A DNA stretch of 63,770 nt, counting the filler, from Stramenopiles sp. TOSAG23-2 (taxonomy: Eukaryota): NCBI GenBank assembly GCA_900128395.1. It is 45 parts of 45 records of this genome, joined end to end, with 100 filler letters (N's around TTAATTAATTAA, not from the genome) between each part and the next. Parts side by side here need not be neighbours in the genome. Positions count along the whole stretch, not along the records: positions 1 to 1,329 come from LT653161.1; positions 1,430 to 2,757 come from LT653162.1; positions 2,858 to 4,185 come from LT653163.1; positions 4,286 to 5,613 come from LT653164.1; positions 5,714 to 7,040 come from LT653165.1; positions 7,141 to 8,466 come from LT653166.1; positions 8,567 to 9,892 come from LT653167.1; positions 9,993 to 11,317 come from LT653168.1; 37 more parts are not named here. One strand, given 5' to 3'. Each line of letters opens with the position of its first letter. Positions within the stretch are counted from its first letter, which is position 1. Below, piece after piece: positions 1-11,317 of this stretch. The position numbers and the translations under genes are program-made. A model generated the notes under the pieces. The model made no database searches, was not told where the DNA came from, and saw only the letters and a program-made list of their open reading frames with translations.

Positions 1-7
1 AAATATA

Positions 8-256
8 ATGTTGTTTTATTATATGGACGACCATCTACGAGTCTTAGCGAGTTCTGTTAGCCATACCGATATTCAATATAAATGCCCTTACTTCCCTCAT
101 CAGTGCACCAGAAGACATCACCGTCACGGAAACAATATGAGAAGTTTAGCAAACACCACCACACATCGCATTATTAATGGATGTTGTGGACAAAGTAATG
201 CACACAGTGGTGTGTTTATCACCATCAATGACGATACACAAAAACTATCTGTATAA
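8..256 (+). CDS. small Cys/His-rich (putative Zn-binding) virus-type protein
   Basis: Pattern YKCP..C..HxHG..HR..CC..ITINDDT, recalled from small dsDNA-virus ORFs; converges tightly on the capsid gene. Confidence 0.5.
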   Translation: MLFYYMDDHLRVLASSVSHTDIQYKCPYFPHQCTRRHHRHGNNMRSLANTTTHRIINGCCGQSNAHSGVFITINDDTQKLSV

Positions 257-287
257 ACTTGTTTTAAATGAAAAAATAAGTTTATAA

Positions 288-1329
288 TTATGCTCCTGAA
301 ACAAACACTTGGTCATCCTTCATACTCAGTTGCCGCTCGCATTCAGCAAAACAATATAAATCGTAAGCTTTGCTTTGTTGGTTAGTTCGTCCTCTTGACA
401 TTCTAATTGTCACAGGTTGGTTTCCAATCGCGGTCCCATTCATAGGTTCGTTACTATTTATATCCTTGCTTAAGTTGAAACCATAATAGTGAGCATTACC
501 ATTTAAAGTATTAAATGCGTGTCCGTGCAATGTGCGATCTGTGGCAAAACACTGACTGATATCCATATTGTATTTTGTTGGTCCGCTCTCAAAAACTTGA
601 CCTTCCCAACTAGTTAAACCAACGGGTGCTTTAAATGGTGTAGGAAATGCTTGAGACAATTCATTCCAAGTTTTACAGTCCAAATTTACAGGTGAAGGGT
701 AAACGGGTTGATTGTTAATTGTAATTTGAACCTCCTCGTCTACAGCTTGAGTTCCTTCACTAACACAATTTCCTGCTAAAGCATTGGATGGACGACCAGT
801 TACAAAGTCAGGTGTTGGCGTTACTGCCGCAAAAATTCGCCTACATACTTGATTGTTCAAACCCAATAAATGCGTGATATCGTCCGCTTGTTTTGTTCCA
901 GCTGTAACCGCTGGATTAATTGNNNNNNNNNNNNNNNNNNNNNNNNNNNNNNNNNNNNNNNNNNNNNNNNNNNNNATTAATTTTCTTAAATGCAGAACCA
1001 ACCTTGACACTTACATTATCAGTAAAGGTAAGTGAAATACCTTTCTTGAGCTCTTCTTCCAAGCGTTCCATTACAGGCTGCTCATCAAGTTTATTATCGA
1101 AATAAATCAAATCGCAAACCATCTTGCACTTGTCAGCTACAATATTGTTACCAGCTGTGAAAGGAGCGTTTCTTACTGGACTAACTCTTTCTCCAGCGAA
1201 ATCCTGTGCAAAATCTAGAACAAGAGCAAACTGACCTAATAGTCCTAAAGGCAATTGGATTTGCGACATCATTGGGAACAAATCTTGAAGATAAATTCTA
1301 AATTCAGGTGTAGTAGCTGCACTTGTTCC
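288..1329 (-). CDS. PLV-type major capsid protein (double jelly-roll), 5' truncated
   Basis: Reads TPEFRIYLQDLFPMMSQIQLPL..KCKMVCDLIYF..QITINNQPVYPSPVN..YYGFNL..LYCFAECERQLSMKD, matching the motif order I recall for PLV MCPs. Both sides of the N gap (923-975) end in ATTAAT, so the ORF-track halves probably join as FKKINPAV. Confidence 0.78.
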
Positions 1330-1429
1330 NNNNNNNNNNNNNNNNNNNNNNNNNNNNNNNNNNNNNNNNNNNNTTAATTAATTAANNNNNNNNNNNNNNN
1401 NNNNNNNNNNNNNNNNNNNNNNNNNNNNN
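1330..1429. other. artificial scaffold linker (44 N + TTAATTAATTAA + 44 N); 44 copies, about every 1.42 kb
   Basis: Identical 100-bp spacer with stops in all six frames; contig lengths fall from about 1328 to about 1310 bp. Confidence 0.99.
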
Positions 1430-1620
1430 AACGGTCCTTGACGTCCATTTTGTTTTGTAATTTCTTGTAATTTATTTTTCAACTCATCAACCATGTTTAA
1501 ATTTTTTTTCACATCTTCGAAATTTTTTTTCATTTCTTCCTTTTTATCCTTATTCGTTTTATCCATCTTCGATAATGTTTCGATATTCATCCATTGAACC
1601 TGTTTTTTTTTTTTCTACGT

Positions 1621-2165
1621 TGTTGTTTGTAATGTATATATACGATATATATCTCTCAAACATTCCATTTTTAGTTGATTTATTCAATGTGATGGACATG
1701 TGATGAAATGCGTAATGGTATTTGCATGTATTACGAACAGTATACAAAGGAGTGTACTTTATTTATGTATTTGATAGGGAAAGATGTGAGATGTGTCTTT
1801 CACCTTAAAAATTGAATAAAAATGCGACTTTTTTTGATTGACAGACGACCTACTTTACACTTTACACGCCTCCTTTGTGAGAGGACATTACACATATATA
1901 TATACATGCATCTAAGATAAATTAGACCAAAAATTAGATTCATTATTATATATATATAACTTGTTACAGTTTTATTCCCCGTTCGTGTTGTTTGTAATGT
2001 ATATATACGATATATATATATCTCTCAAACAATCCATTTTTAGTTGATTTATTCAATGTGATGGACATGTGATGTAATGCGTAATGGTGCATCTAAGATA
2101 AATTAGACCAAAAATTAGATTGATTATTATATATATATAACTTGTTACAGTTTTATTCCCCGTTC
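1621..2165. repeat. mosaic duplication A..B-A-B (A about 100 bp, B about 78 bp)
   Basis: 1621-1719 recurs at about 1987-2088; 1907-1984 recurs at about 2088-2165, with few differences. Confidence 0.85.
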
Positions 2166-3419
2166 TCTTCATATTTTTCATCAACAGAAAGTTTGATATA
2201 ACATTTTTATTTTACCTCCTCGGTAATTTCTTGTTACAGGAATTATTTGACACATTTTGTGGGTTTTTGTGGGATATTAATATTGGCTCAGTCACACTGT
2301 ATTCTTTTGAGAGTACTTCTGGTACGAAAAAATTGTAATGGGTAGGAATAAAAAATGCACATAAGCATACGTTTATATAATATAGATAAAGGATTGATAT
2401 AATAAATAAAAATTATAAACACAGAGAGACGCTTGGCCTGTAGGTTTTGAGCCTCTTATCTTTCTTTTAGTAGAATTAGGGTTTAGAGAGAAACAGTATA
2501 TATGATAACAAAATACAAACTGTACAACAACTCAACTTAACAAAAAAAGTGACAAAACACGCACGATTCCATTTATTATTTAAATAAAACAAAACTTTTT
2601 ACTTGATCTTGCGTATAAAAACCGTACGTTCGTTTATTTAAAATTACAACCACAAAGATAAAATAACACAATCTTTCATTTTTAATTTTTTTTTTGGTTT
2701 TTAGAAAAAACGAGAAACACAAACGACACGAGATGTGGATTACTATGGATTAACACGNNNNNNNNNNNNNNNNNNNNNNNNNNNNNNNNNNNNNNNNNNN
2801 NTTAATTAATTAANNNNNNNNNNNNNNNNNNNNNNNNNNNNNNNNNNNNNNNNNNNNATGATCGTGATGCATTGTATTTTGTTGTTTGTTCGTTGAATAT
2901 AATTAATATTTGAATTACTCTTCTTATTGCATTTAATAGAATATCTCTATATATATCAATGTATATTTATTACGATCAATCAATCGATAGATAGATAGAT
3001 GTCAAATAATGTTTGTACAAGTTGTATGATGTATATGTCAAGGAGTATTCACAGAGGAGGAATTTATATTTCTTATTTTTTAATTAATGTTTTTTTTTTT
3101 TATTATGTGATGGAAGACGATTTATTCAAGTACAACTTATTTTATATATTTACTTGCTGTGTATATGTTCTATCTTAGTCTATGCAAAAACATAACTATC
3201 AATTTCTGAGTACAGTAATTGACATACACATTATTTTGTTGGCAATCGGAATTGGCAATGATGAAACGTTAAAATTAACGATATAATAATAAAAAGTGTG
3301 TTAGTATATGAATATGGTGTACTTGAATGTAATATGTAATAGGAGTGGTATCGTCATGCTAAACCAGTACGTATTGCTGCTAACCCTAATGATAAGATGA
3401 CTGTGGGAATAATCGTGCG

Positions 3420-3650
3420 ATTAGTAGGTACATAGCATTGCTGTAGAACTGTGCTAACGCTTATAGCTCATTGTAATCTGATGTATGATGATGTAATGAT
3501 GATGCAATGATAATCGATTCCAAATTCCTATAATAGTGCGATTAGTTAATTAGTAGGTACATATAGGACATCTAGGTACATAAGTATAGATCTAGAATAG
3601 AGTATAGGTATAGATAGCACGAAATGAAGCCGATTAGTAGGTACATAGCA
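3420..3650 (+). repeat. cluster of dispersed 18-bp motif ATTAGTAGGTACATAGCA
   Basis: Exact copies at 3420-3437 and 3633-3650, partial copy at 3549-3563; related copies in four other contigs. Confidence 0.85.
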
Positions 3651-4571
3651 CATAGCACCAGTATCCAGCAGGTGCAGGTTACCCGACACAATCGTGTTCG
3701 CTCTGGTGATAATGCTATGTGTATATTATCTTCGAATACAATGCTATACAGATGCTATTTTTAAAATCAATAGTGTATCGTTTTAATTGGTGGCAAGCAT
3801 TAAGGTATATATATACGATGGGAACAGCACACTTAAAGAACCGCCGCCCCCTATAACTAGCTGCTAAAACACTTGTTCGTTTTTATGGCCGTTTTATTAG
3901 CAATAAATACATCAATAAATGCATCAATATTGATCAATAAATGTATGTACATCGTTGACAGAGGGAAAAACAAACAAAAGTGTAGAAGAACAAATACCAA
4001 AGAACAGTTGTAAAACAATATATATATATATAAGTCTATCGTAATACATATTCGTTTCATAAATATAGTAGTACATATAGTATATATATAGTTAAAAAAA
4101 AAAAACATAATATAACAAAAAATGGAAGAATTTACATCCGAAAAACAAGATAGGGAAGCACGGATTAAAGCACGTCGTACACGTANNNNNNNNNNNNNNN
4201 NNNNNNNNNNNNNNNNNNNNNNNNNNNNNTTAATTAATTAANNNNNNNNNNNNNNNNNNNNNNNNNNNNNNNNNNNNNNNNNNNNACATATATACTATAT
4301 GTAATATATATCATATAATGTCATATCATAATATGATATCCTATCATATGATTTATCATAGTACACATTTGATATATACGTATTAATATAAAAAATTCTC
4401 TTATTTTTTATAATTTTGAAAGATTTTATTTACTCATAAATATATATAATGTATATGTAAACACTAAAAATGATGAATACTAATAATCAGCATTTCTTGT
4501 TGTGTGTACGAATATATATATAATGTTAACATGGATAATATTTTTTTCTTATTTGAGAAACAATAGGCGTC

Positions 4572-4712
4572 GTCGTCTAGGTCGTCAGGAAGTCGACTCG
4601 TCTATATATTTCACACAATATATTCGATATTTCGGCCTCTATTATCAACTAGTCGTCTGGTCGTCAGGAAGTTGACGACTGGTCTATCTCACACTCGATA
4701 TTTCGGCCTCTA
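4572..4712. repeat. imperfect tandem duplication (GTCGTCT-GGTCGTCAGGAAGT..CGATATTTCGGCCTCTAT)
   Basis: Two copies starting at about 4572 and 4652. Confidence 0.75.
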
Positions 4713-5050
4713 TATTCTCGGTTTTATTTATAAACTCTTCCCAGCTTCGAAATTTTCATCTTTTGCGGTAAAAAATCTCAAAATTTGGTGTATCGACAAA
4801 TGTGTACACACCGTACACAAGGAGAGAATTATTGTAAAACTACGATATAGATTTGAATAATGTGTGGTAGCTAGCCAGGCTAGCTCTAGCTCTAGCTCTA
4901 GCCCTATACCACCTGGTGTATATAATCAATCCTAATGGTATTTATAAGCTAACATCTTTTTTTAATCATCAACATATGACAACTATAACTGTATATTTAA
5001 AAAATAAATGTATTTAATGGTACTAAACGTAATAGACATATTCCCAATTA

Positions 5051-5206
5051 GGTACTGGTTGCCGCGGCGCATCTGGAAATGCGTGTCATATAGAATGTTC
5101 CAATCGTGGAAAATGCGATAATAAAAAAGGTTCATGCGAATGTTATCCTGGATTTTTTGGAGAAGCATGTGAAAATTATGATGTGTTGAATGCAGGAAGG
5201 TTGTGA
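5051..5206 (+). CDS. terminal exon/fragment of EGF-like, mastigoneme-type protein
   Basis: GTGCRGASGNACHIECSNRGKCDNKKGSCECYPGFFGEAC..stop; GNxCHxxCSNRGxCD is typical of stramenopile mastigoneme/SIG-like protein C-termini; possible TAG acceptor at 5049-5051. Confidence 0.65.
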   Translation, partial: GTGCRGASGNACHIECSNRGKCDNKKGSCECYPGFFGEACENYDVLNAGRL

Positions 5207-6847
5207 TTTCAGTGATAGCATAATAAAAAAAATATACGAAGCGTGCGACGACACGTTATTAATAGATATACAGGTATATTATATACGCCGTATGTATTAA
5301 ATATACATCATCATACTTAAACATAAATTGTAAAATACGACTTTTTTATGTACGTTGGTAATATATACATATATATATATGTATATATATTATATGTGTG
5401 ATCTTTGTAGAAGTATATTATAAAATTTACATATATTTGCGATTGAGTATTGAACATACGTTTCGTATTATTTTACCACGGGAAGTAAAATTATTACGAA
5501 TATAGTAACTTAGATTTTAACCATCCATTATATGTATAATAGATTAAGGTGTTTTACTTTTACTGTCGTAGAATATATTAATATTAGATATACTGTAGGA
5601 GGCATTCAAAGGTNNNNNNNNNNNNNNNNNNNNNNNNNNNNNNNNNNNNNNNNNNNNTTAATTAATTAANNNNNNNNNNNNNNNNNNNNNNNNNNNNNNN
5701 NNNNNNNNNNNNNGATTTTTACGAAAATATCCCTGCCTATTGCATGCTATTTGGATTTTGATTATTTACTTGTAATACTATTTCATGCTAAAATATATAT
5801 GGATCCCCATAATATAGTGCCGTCTAATTCGTCGTGCATTTATTTTTTATATACTCTTATTCTCGTAGTCGTCTAGCTACTATTGCTATTTCATTTAGCA
5901 ATAGTATACTAGACGACTATACTTACAACAACAACAAAAAATGAAAAATAATCATCATATTCTATCTCAGATGAAAAGAATACACATGTTATTAAAAAAA
6001 ATCTAGATAAGTCGAATGATGTATCAAATTTAAGTGATAATACCGAAGAGATAAATATCTCGTTAAAAGACGTTGTCGTGGANNNNNNNNNNNNNNNNNN
6101 NNNNNNNNNNNNNNNTCTCGTCAAAAGACGTTGTCGTGGATGTGCAGGTGTGAATTTGAAGTAATGCAAAAGTTTGTTTTATCAACGTATATACGAGCGT
6201 ATATATATATATATACAGTGTATATATTTATTTTTTGAGTTAAGTTATTCATTTGAGAGTATGATAGAAATTATCACGAGTAGAAAATAAAAATTAAAAT
6301 ACGCGCGTACTTTAATATATATAAAAAATTCTCTTACTTAAAATTTAATATATTATATATAAAATGTTCTCTTACTCATATATATGATACGACTCGTAAT
6401 ATTATCAATAATATTTTTATATATATAAAAGAGAATTATTTTTACATATATATNNNNNNNNNNNNNNNNNNNNNNNNNNNNNNNNNNNNNNNNNNNNNNN
6501 NNNNNNNNNNNNNNNNNNNNNNNNNNNNNNNNTTACTCATATATTATATAAATTTCTTTTACTCCCGTTCATTAACATCTTAAATCAAAAATGATTTATA
6601 AAGTTTAGTAAAAATTATTTATGTATATATTATCAAAGGATCTTGGGTGTTATATATATACGAAGCGTTCGATATTAATATTAAAATATATGTGTACGAA
6701 TCATTTAATATTAACGCACGTGGTAATTAAAACAAAATCATTTTTGGTTAAAATCTCTTCTAAAGTTATATTTTACATTCATACTCTCTCGTAAATTAAT
6801 TTTTAAAATCCTCATTTTTGACCACATATCATTCGATTTACCACACA

Positions 6848-7039
6848 TCACGCTACATAAGTTTTATTCAACTTGTCCAACCTTGCTAAATGATTTCGTT
6901 GTTCCATCTTTATTTCAGATAATTTCCTTAACTGGTGGTCGTGATACATTTCCAATGCTTCTATTTGCGCCATGCTAAGTTCCGTGAGGCCAATTCCAAA
7001 AATAGAGGTAAATTTAATATCAAGAGTGCTACTTAGCGG
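6848..7039 (-). CDS. hypothetical protein, 3' fragment
   Basis: Open frame from the contig edge: ..FGIGLTELSMAQIEALEMYHDHQLRKL..stop. Confidence 0.4.
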   Translation of the reverse strand, partial: PLSSTLDIKFTSIFGIGLTELSMAQIEALEMYHDHQLRKLSEIKMEQRNHLARLDKLNKTYVA

Positions 7040-7140
7040 GNNNNNNNNNNNNNNNNNNNNNNNNNNNNNNNNNNNNNNNNNNNNTTAATTAATTAANNNN
7101 NNNNNNNNNNNNNNNNNNNNNNNNNNNNNNNNNNNNNNNN

Positions 7141-8176
7141 AAAACTCCACAAATAATTTCGTTTGAACGAAAATCATTGTTTGTTTATTGTATACAGCAA
7201 ATTCAATAATAACTGCACGTGTTGCACCATCGACCCAATTATTTGAATGTAAATCATTGATTAATTGGATAGCAGCTGCATTTCCCATATTATTTGGCAT
7301 CCTGACAATATAGCCACCTTTCGATGGGTAAGCCAAACGCCATGCTTCATACAATGTTACTCTTGCTTCTTTTTCCTCATCATAATTAAATGCATTTACA
7401 AAATTATTGTAATATGGATCTGATGTTTTATTCCGAACATTTGCAATAATCGTGGCATTGCCAAAAGTTTCTGTTGCAATGTTATTACCTGGTCCTGGTT
7501 TGCCATTTACAGTGTTGTCATTTAACTCTTGATAACATTCTTTCGCAAATTCGTTTTGTAACATTTTTGGTACGTAACATCCGGCCGATCCACTATCCAT
7601 TACACGTATTTGACGCAAACGAACACTACCAACAACAGCGGTTCCATAAAAAAATTCACTACCTTCATCTGGAAACATATTTCCACTAAATGGTCCTTTT
7701 AAAAATTGCCAAAATTCCTCCTCACTTGCAATATCACCAAAGTTTTTGTATACCGCTGCGTCTTCCATTGAAAATTCTTCCTCGATAACCCAATCCCGCA
7801 TAATTTGCACAAAATAATGCGAATCATAGTCTACTCTCCACATAACTGCAAAGACAAAGAACATCATAAATATTAAGAAAATGCACATGTCCCCCAATGG
7901 ACTTCTTTCTTCAATAGACCGTTGAAAATTCATGATTAAATCCATTTTCTTGTCTTCTACTTTCTTACGATTAGAAAGACCACGGTAAATAGCTTGCACC
8001 TTGAGTACGCCATGTCTAAAACTTGGGTTACTCGCGTATTCTGCATTAATACGCTTCACTTCAACTGCATTTAATTCACGTACAATTTGAGTGTCTGTTT
8101 TGCTAAGAGACTTTCTACTTGACGGTGTACCTTTCTCAGCCAGTTCAATATCGTTCTCTGTTGTATTTTCTGCCAT
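7141..8176 (-). CDS. polycystin-2 (PKD2/TRPP)-like channel, N-terminal part with IQ motif
   Basis: S1 helix; TOP-domain motifs FWQFLKGP, GSVRLRQIRV, WVDGATRAVIIEFAVYN; IQ-like VQAIYRGLSNRK. Confidence 0.85.
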
Positions 8177-8272
8177 TTTGTCTTTTATTTATTTGTTGTT
8201 TTCTTACTTGTCCAAAATAAAATATCAATCGTGTTGTACAATATTAAGATATACTTTCTGTCTTCTATATAG

Positions 8273-8303
<31 letters not shown>

Positions 8304-8568
8304 ATGTATATATAATAAAATGTTTTTTACAAATTATTTTTGACTACATCCTTCTTATCATTTTCACTCGCTTCTTCTTGTTCTTTCTTCTTTTGGGCTT
8401 CGAGTTCCAGTCTTTGTCGCTCAGCCTCCTCTTCCTCCTCCTTCTTTCGTCTTTCTTCTTCCTTTGNNNNNNNNNNNNNNNNNNNNNNNNNNNNNNNNNN
8501 NNNNNNNNNNTTAATTAATTAANNNNNNNNNNNNNNNNNNNNNNNNNNNNNNNNNNNNNNNNNNNNAA

Positions 8569-9259
8569 TCAAATGTTGACAACGGGAAAACTATTTTCAT
8601 CCGCACAATTGCTAGTCCTGGATGAGGCTGATGACGCAAGCAAGCGCCAGGTTGGAACAAAGTTGTACAAAAATTTCATGCAAATGATAATGTGGTATTC
8701 GGTGACATTGATCTAAGCTCAAATTCTATACGTACTATTCATGGTGAAAACCAGAATCCGGGTGCAGGTGGATGGCCAACTGTAAGTATTTTAACATATT
8801 CTTTTTTTCATACAATTATTGTATTTTATCAAGCCAGCAAGGTTGCTAACAACAATAAAAAAATCTTCAATGTTCAAATATTATTAGATACGGTATTTCA
8901 ATGAGCAAACAGGATATGGTGGCGCAAGTTATAAAAAAAAGACTGCTAAGCCAATGTGTGAGGAACTCAAGAATATGAAATACATGACTGCTTATGTTGA
9001 AGAGATGAGTGGAACTTCAGCATGTGCTGTATTTCAAGATGGTAATCCAGGATGTAGTGAGAAAGAACTTAAATATATAAATAAAAATTTAGCAAATGAT
9101 AAGGAAGAAAATGAAAAGAAATTACAAAGATTAAATGCTATGGTTAACAATAAAATGAGTGAAAAAGCACGTGAATGGATTCTAAAAAGAATTGGATTAT
9201 TAAATCAATTGATAAGACAAGATGGATTAAATAGCAAAATTAAAGAAGCTGAACTGTAA
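8569..9259 (+). CDS. thioredoxin/PDI-fold selenoprotein with GUGUU motif (PDI_e-like), 5' truncated, 2 exons (8569-8781, 8888-9259)
   Basis: GKTIFIRTIASPG-U-G-U-U-RKQAPGWN (TGA at 8623, 8629, 8632), VVFGDIDL, spliced GGWPT|IRYFN cis-Pro loop, helical C-domain, KDEL-like EAEL end. Confidence 0.85.
8782..8887 (+). other. spliceosomal intron, 106 bp, phase 0
   Basis: GTAAGT donor, GCTAAC branch point, TTAG acceptor; removal restores WPTIRYF and joins two ORF-track fragments. Confidence 0.9.
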
Positions 9260-9347
9260 ACAAGAATATATATATATGTATATCATATCATATGATATAT
9301 ATATATTAAAAGTGAAAAAGAGTATAAATTCGTATTTTATTTCTCCG

Positions 9348-9437
9348 GGTAAATGATTCCACACCTACCAATTGTAATATAATCTATAAAATGTAATTCA
9401 GAAGATTATAATTGAGCATGTGTGTGATGTATTTTAC
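9348..9437 (+). promoter_or_regulatory. weak SECIS-like hairpin candidate in 3' UTR
   Basis: ATGAT at 9353 and TGAT at 9425, AA 12 nt after the core, GTAAA/TTTAC lower stem; helix II pairs poorly and the apical part is too long. Confidence 0.2.
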
Positions 9438-9992
9438 AAATATGATATGCATACCAAGAAGAGAATATTTTTTTGTTCCAACCTAAAGTAAAATATTCCA
9501 GTTCGGTACATTTCATTTTTGTATACCCAAAGAGGGGTATATTTCATTTTAAATTAAACCACGGTGCATATACATTTACACCCAGTTTTAGTACAATGTG
9601 CGAGTAATTTATTATATATTCATAATATAATATAATTTATATATATTTTAATTTATATGAGTAAGAGAAAATTATATTATACGACTTCGTGTGTATAATT
9701 TTAATCTAAAATAATTTCTTTTTTCTTAAATATTTACTTCGTATAATTTATAAAGATTTTATTTACTCTCATTTAAATGTAATCTACTTCGTAACATATA
9801 TTCGTAAGCACTAATCATACGAAATGTTGAATACTATCAATATAGCATATGTATATATATAAATATTTTCATAGAAGTGAAAGAGAAAGATANNNNNNNN
9901 NNNNNNNNNNNNNNNNNNNNNNNNNNNNNNNNNNNNTTAATTAATTAANNNNNNNNNNNNNNNNNNNNNNNNNNNNNNNNNNNNNNNNNNNN

Positions 9993-11317
9993 TCATTATT
10001 ATTTTCCATCACTTGTTTTCTGCTATTTTTTCTACTTTTTGACCCGAGTGTAAAAAATGAAATCGAAGACAAACCCTTCGACATCATACATGCAACGACG
10101 ATAATGATGCCATGGATTGAACGTATTACATGGCTCGCTGATGATATTTGCATATTAAAAAATTTTGATGTCGATTTAGATGAAAATTACCAATTCTCAA
10201 AATTTCCATACAAAGGTGAAAATTTGCTTACCTATCTATATAATAAGATTGTATTGGAATCAACAATTATGTCAGAATCTGAACCGATTCGCTTAACGCT
10301 TATAAAATATTTGTTTCAATATGCATTGATTCCATGGCTTCAAAATGTAAATAAATTGTTTTTCCAAAATAATGCCAGTACAAGAAATATTGAATTGAAC
10401 TATCTTGATGATTTTTTAGTTTCGGCAAAGATACCGCAAGAAGAAAGCAATATAAAATCTGGAATGGGAAAGAATGTTCCTAATATCATTAAAGTTGATA
10501 TAAAGAATTTCAACGACATTCCATGTTTTATTGATTTACAAGCATATAACACTATTTCAAAAGCAGCTAGGTGTATCAAAATAATTCAATCACTAGGAGA
10601 TGACAATAATATTCATTTATCATTTGAGCACATTTACAATTCTAAGTTTGAAATTGATAAGTTGCTCTTCGCTGAAGAACAACTTAAAATATTTGAAGAA
10701 CAACTTGAAGATTGGATTACTAGAAGCGATATTTTACGATTAGAAATCAATGGACGTTTAGATGAAGAAAATATATTTGAAGAATGGAATTTTGATGACG
10801 AAAAACAAGACAAAATAATTATTGATAAAAATGCATTATCGACTGCTGCAAAATTAAAGCAAGCTGCTGAGGAAGATCGGCAAGATGAATTGGAACGAAC
10901 GGTAATAGAAAATGAGAGAAAACGTCAGTTGTTGAACCAAATTGAATTTCAAATTGCAGAAAGAAGGAGACAATTGAATAATATGGAGGCAAAGGAACGG
11001 GAGTTTGATGACTTCTTTATATCCCAATTAGCTTTGAACACGCCGCGCGCATTGGGTGGAGGTGGAGTATTAGATGAGGAAAATGCTTTGAAAGTGGCTG
11101 CCACGAAATTATTATATGAACGTTATGGGCAAAATATCAAACAAGTGCAAAATCGTACAAAATTATTGCGATGGCGCTTGCAGCGTTCTCAAACTTTAGA
11201 ATCTTCTAAAATTGCATTGAAAAACTTATTAGCTGATGATGAAAGAAATCTATCTAAAGCACCGGCACCAAAAGAAGAAATAAATGGCACAAAACAAGTG
11301 ATGGAAAATAATAGTGA
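9993..11317 (+). CDS. gamma-tubulin complex component (Spc97/98 family, GCP6-like), internal fragment
   Basis: GENLLTYLY, LFQYALIPWL, IPCFI..ISKAARCIKII resemble GRIP1 motifs; followed by a coiled-coil insert. Confidence 0.6.

Larger units (their letters stand above)
1..1329. mobile_element. Polinton-like virus (PLV) genome fragment, free or endogenous
   Basis: Gene-dense, intronless contig carrying a PLV-type capsid gene and a convergent small Cys/His ORF with only about 30 bp between the stops. Confidence 0.75.

Noticed and set aside
8623-8634. UGA reassigned to Trp, or a nonsense-riddled pseudogene
   Set aside because: Trp is TGG in the same gene, other genes stop at TGA, and all three TGAs fall at the redox motif with the rest intact
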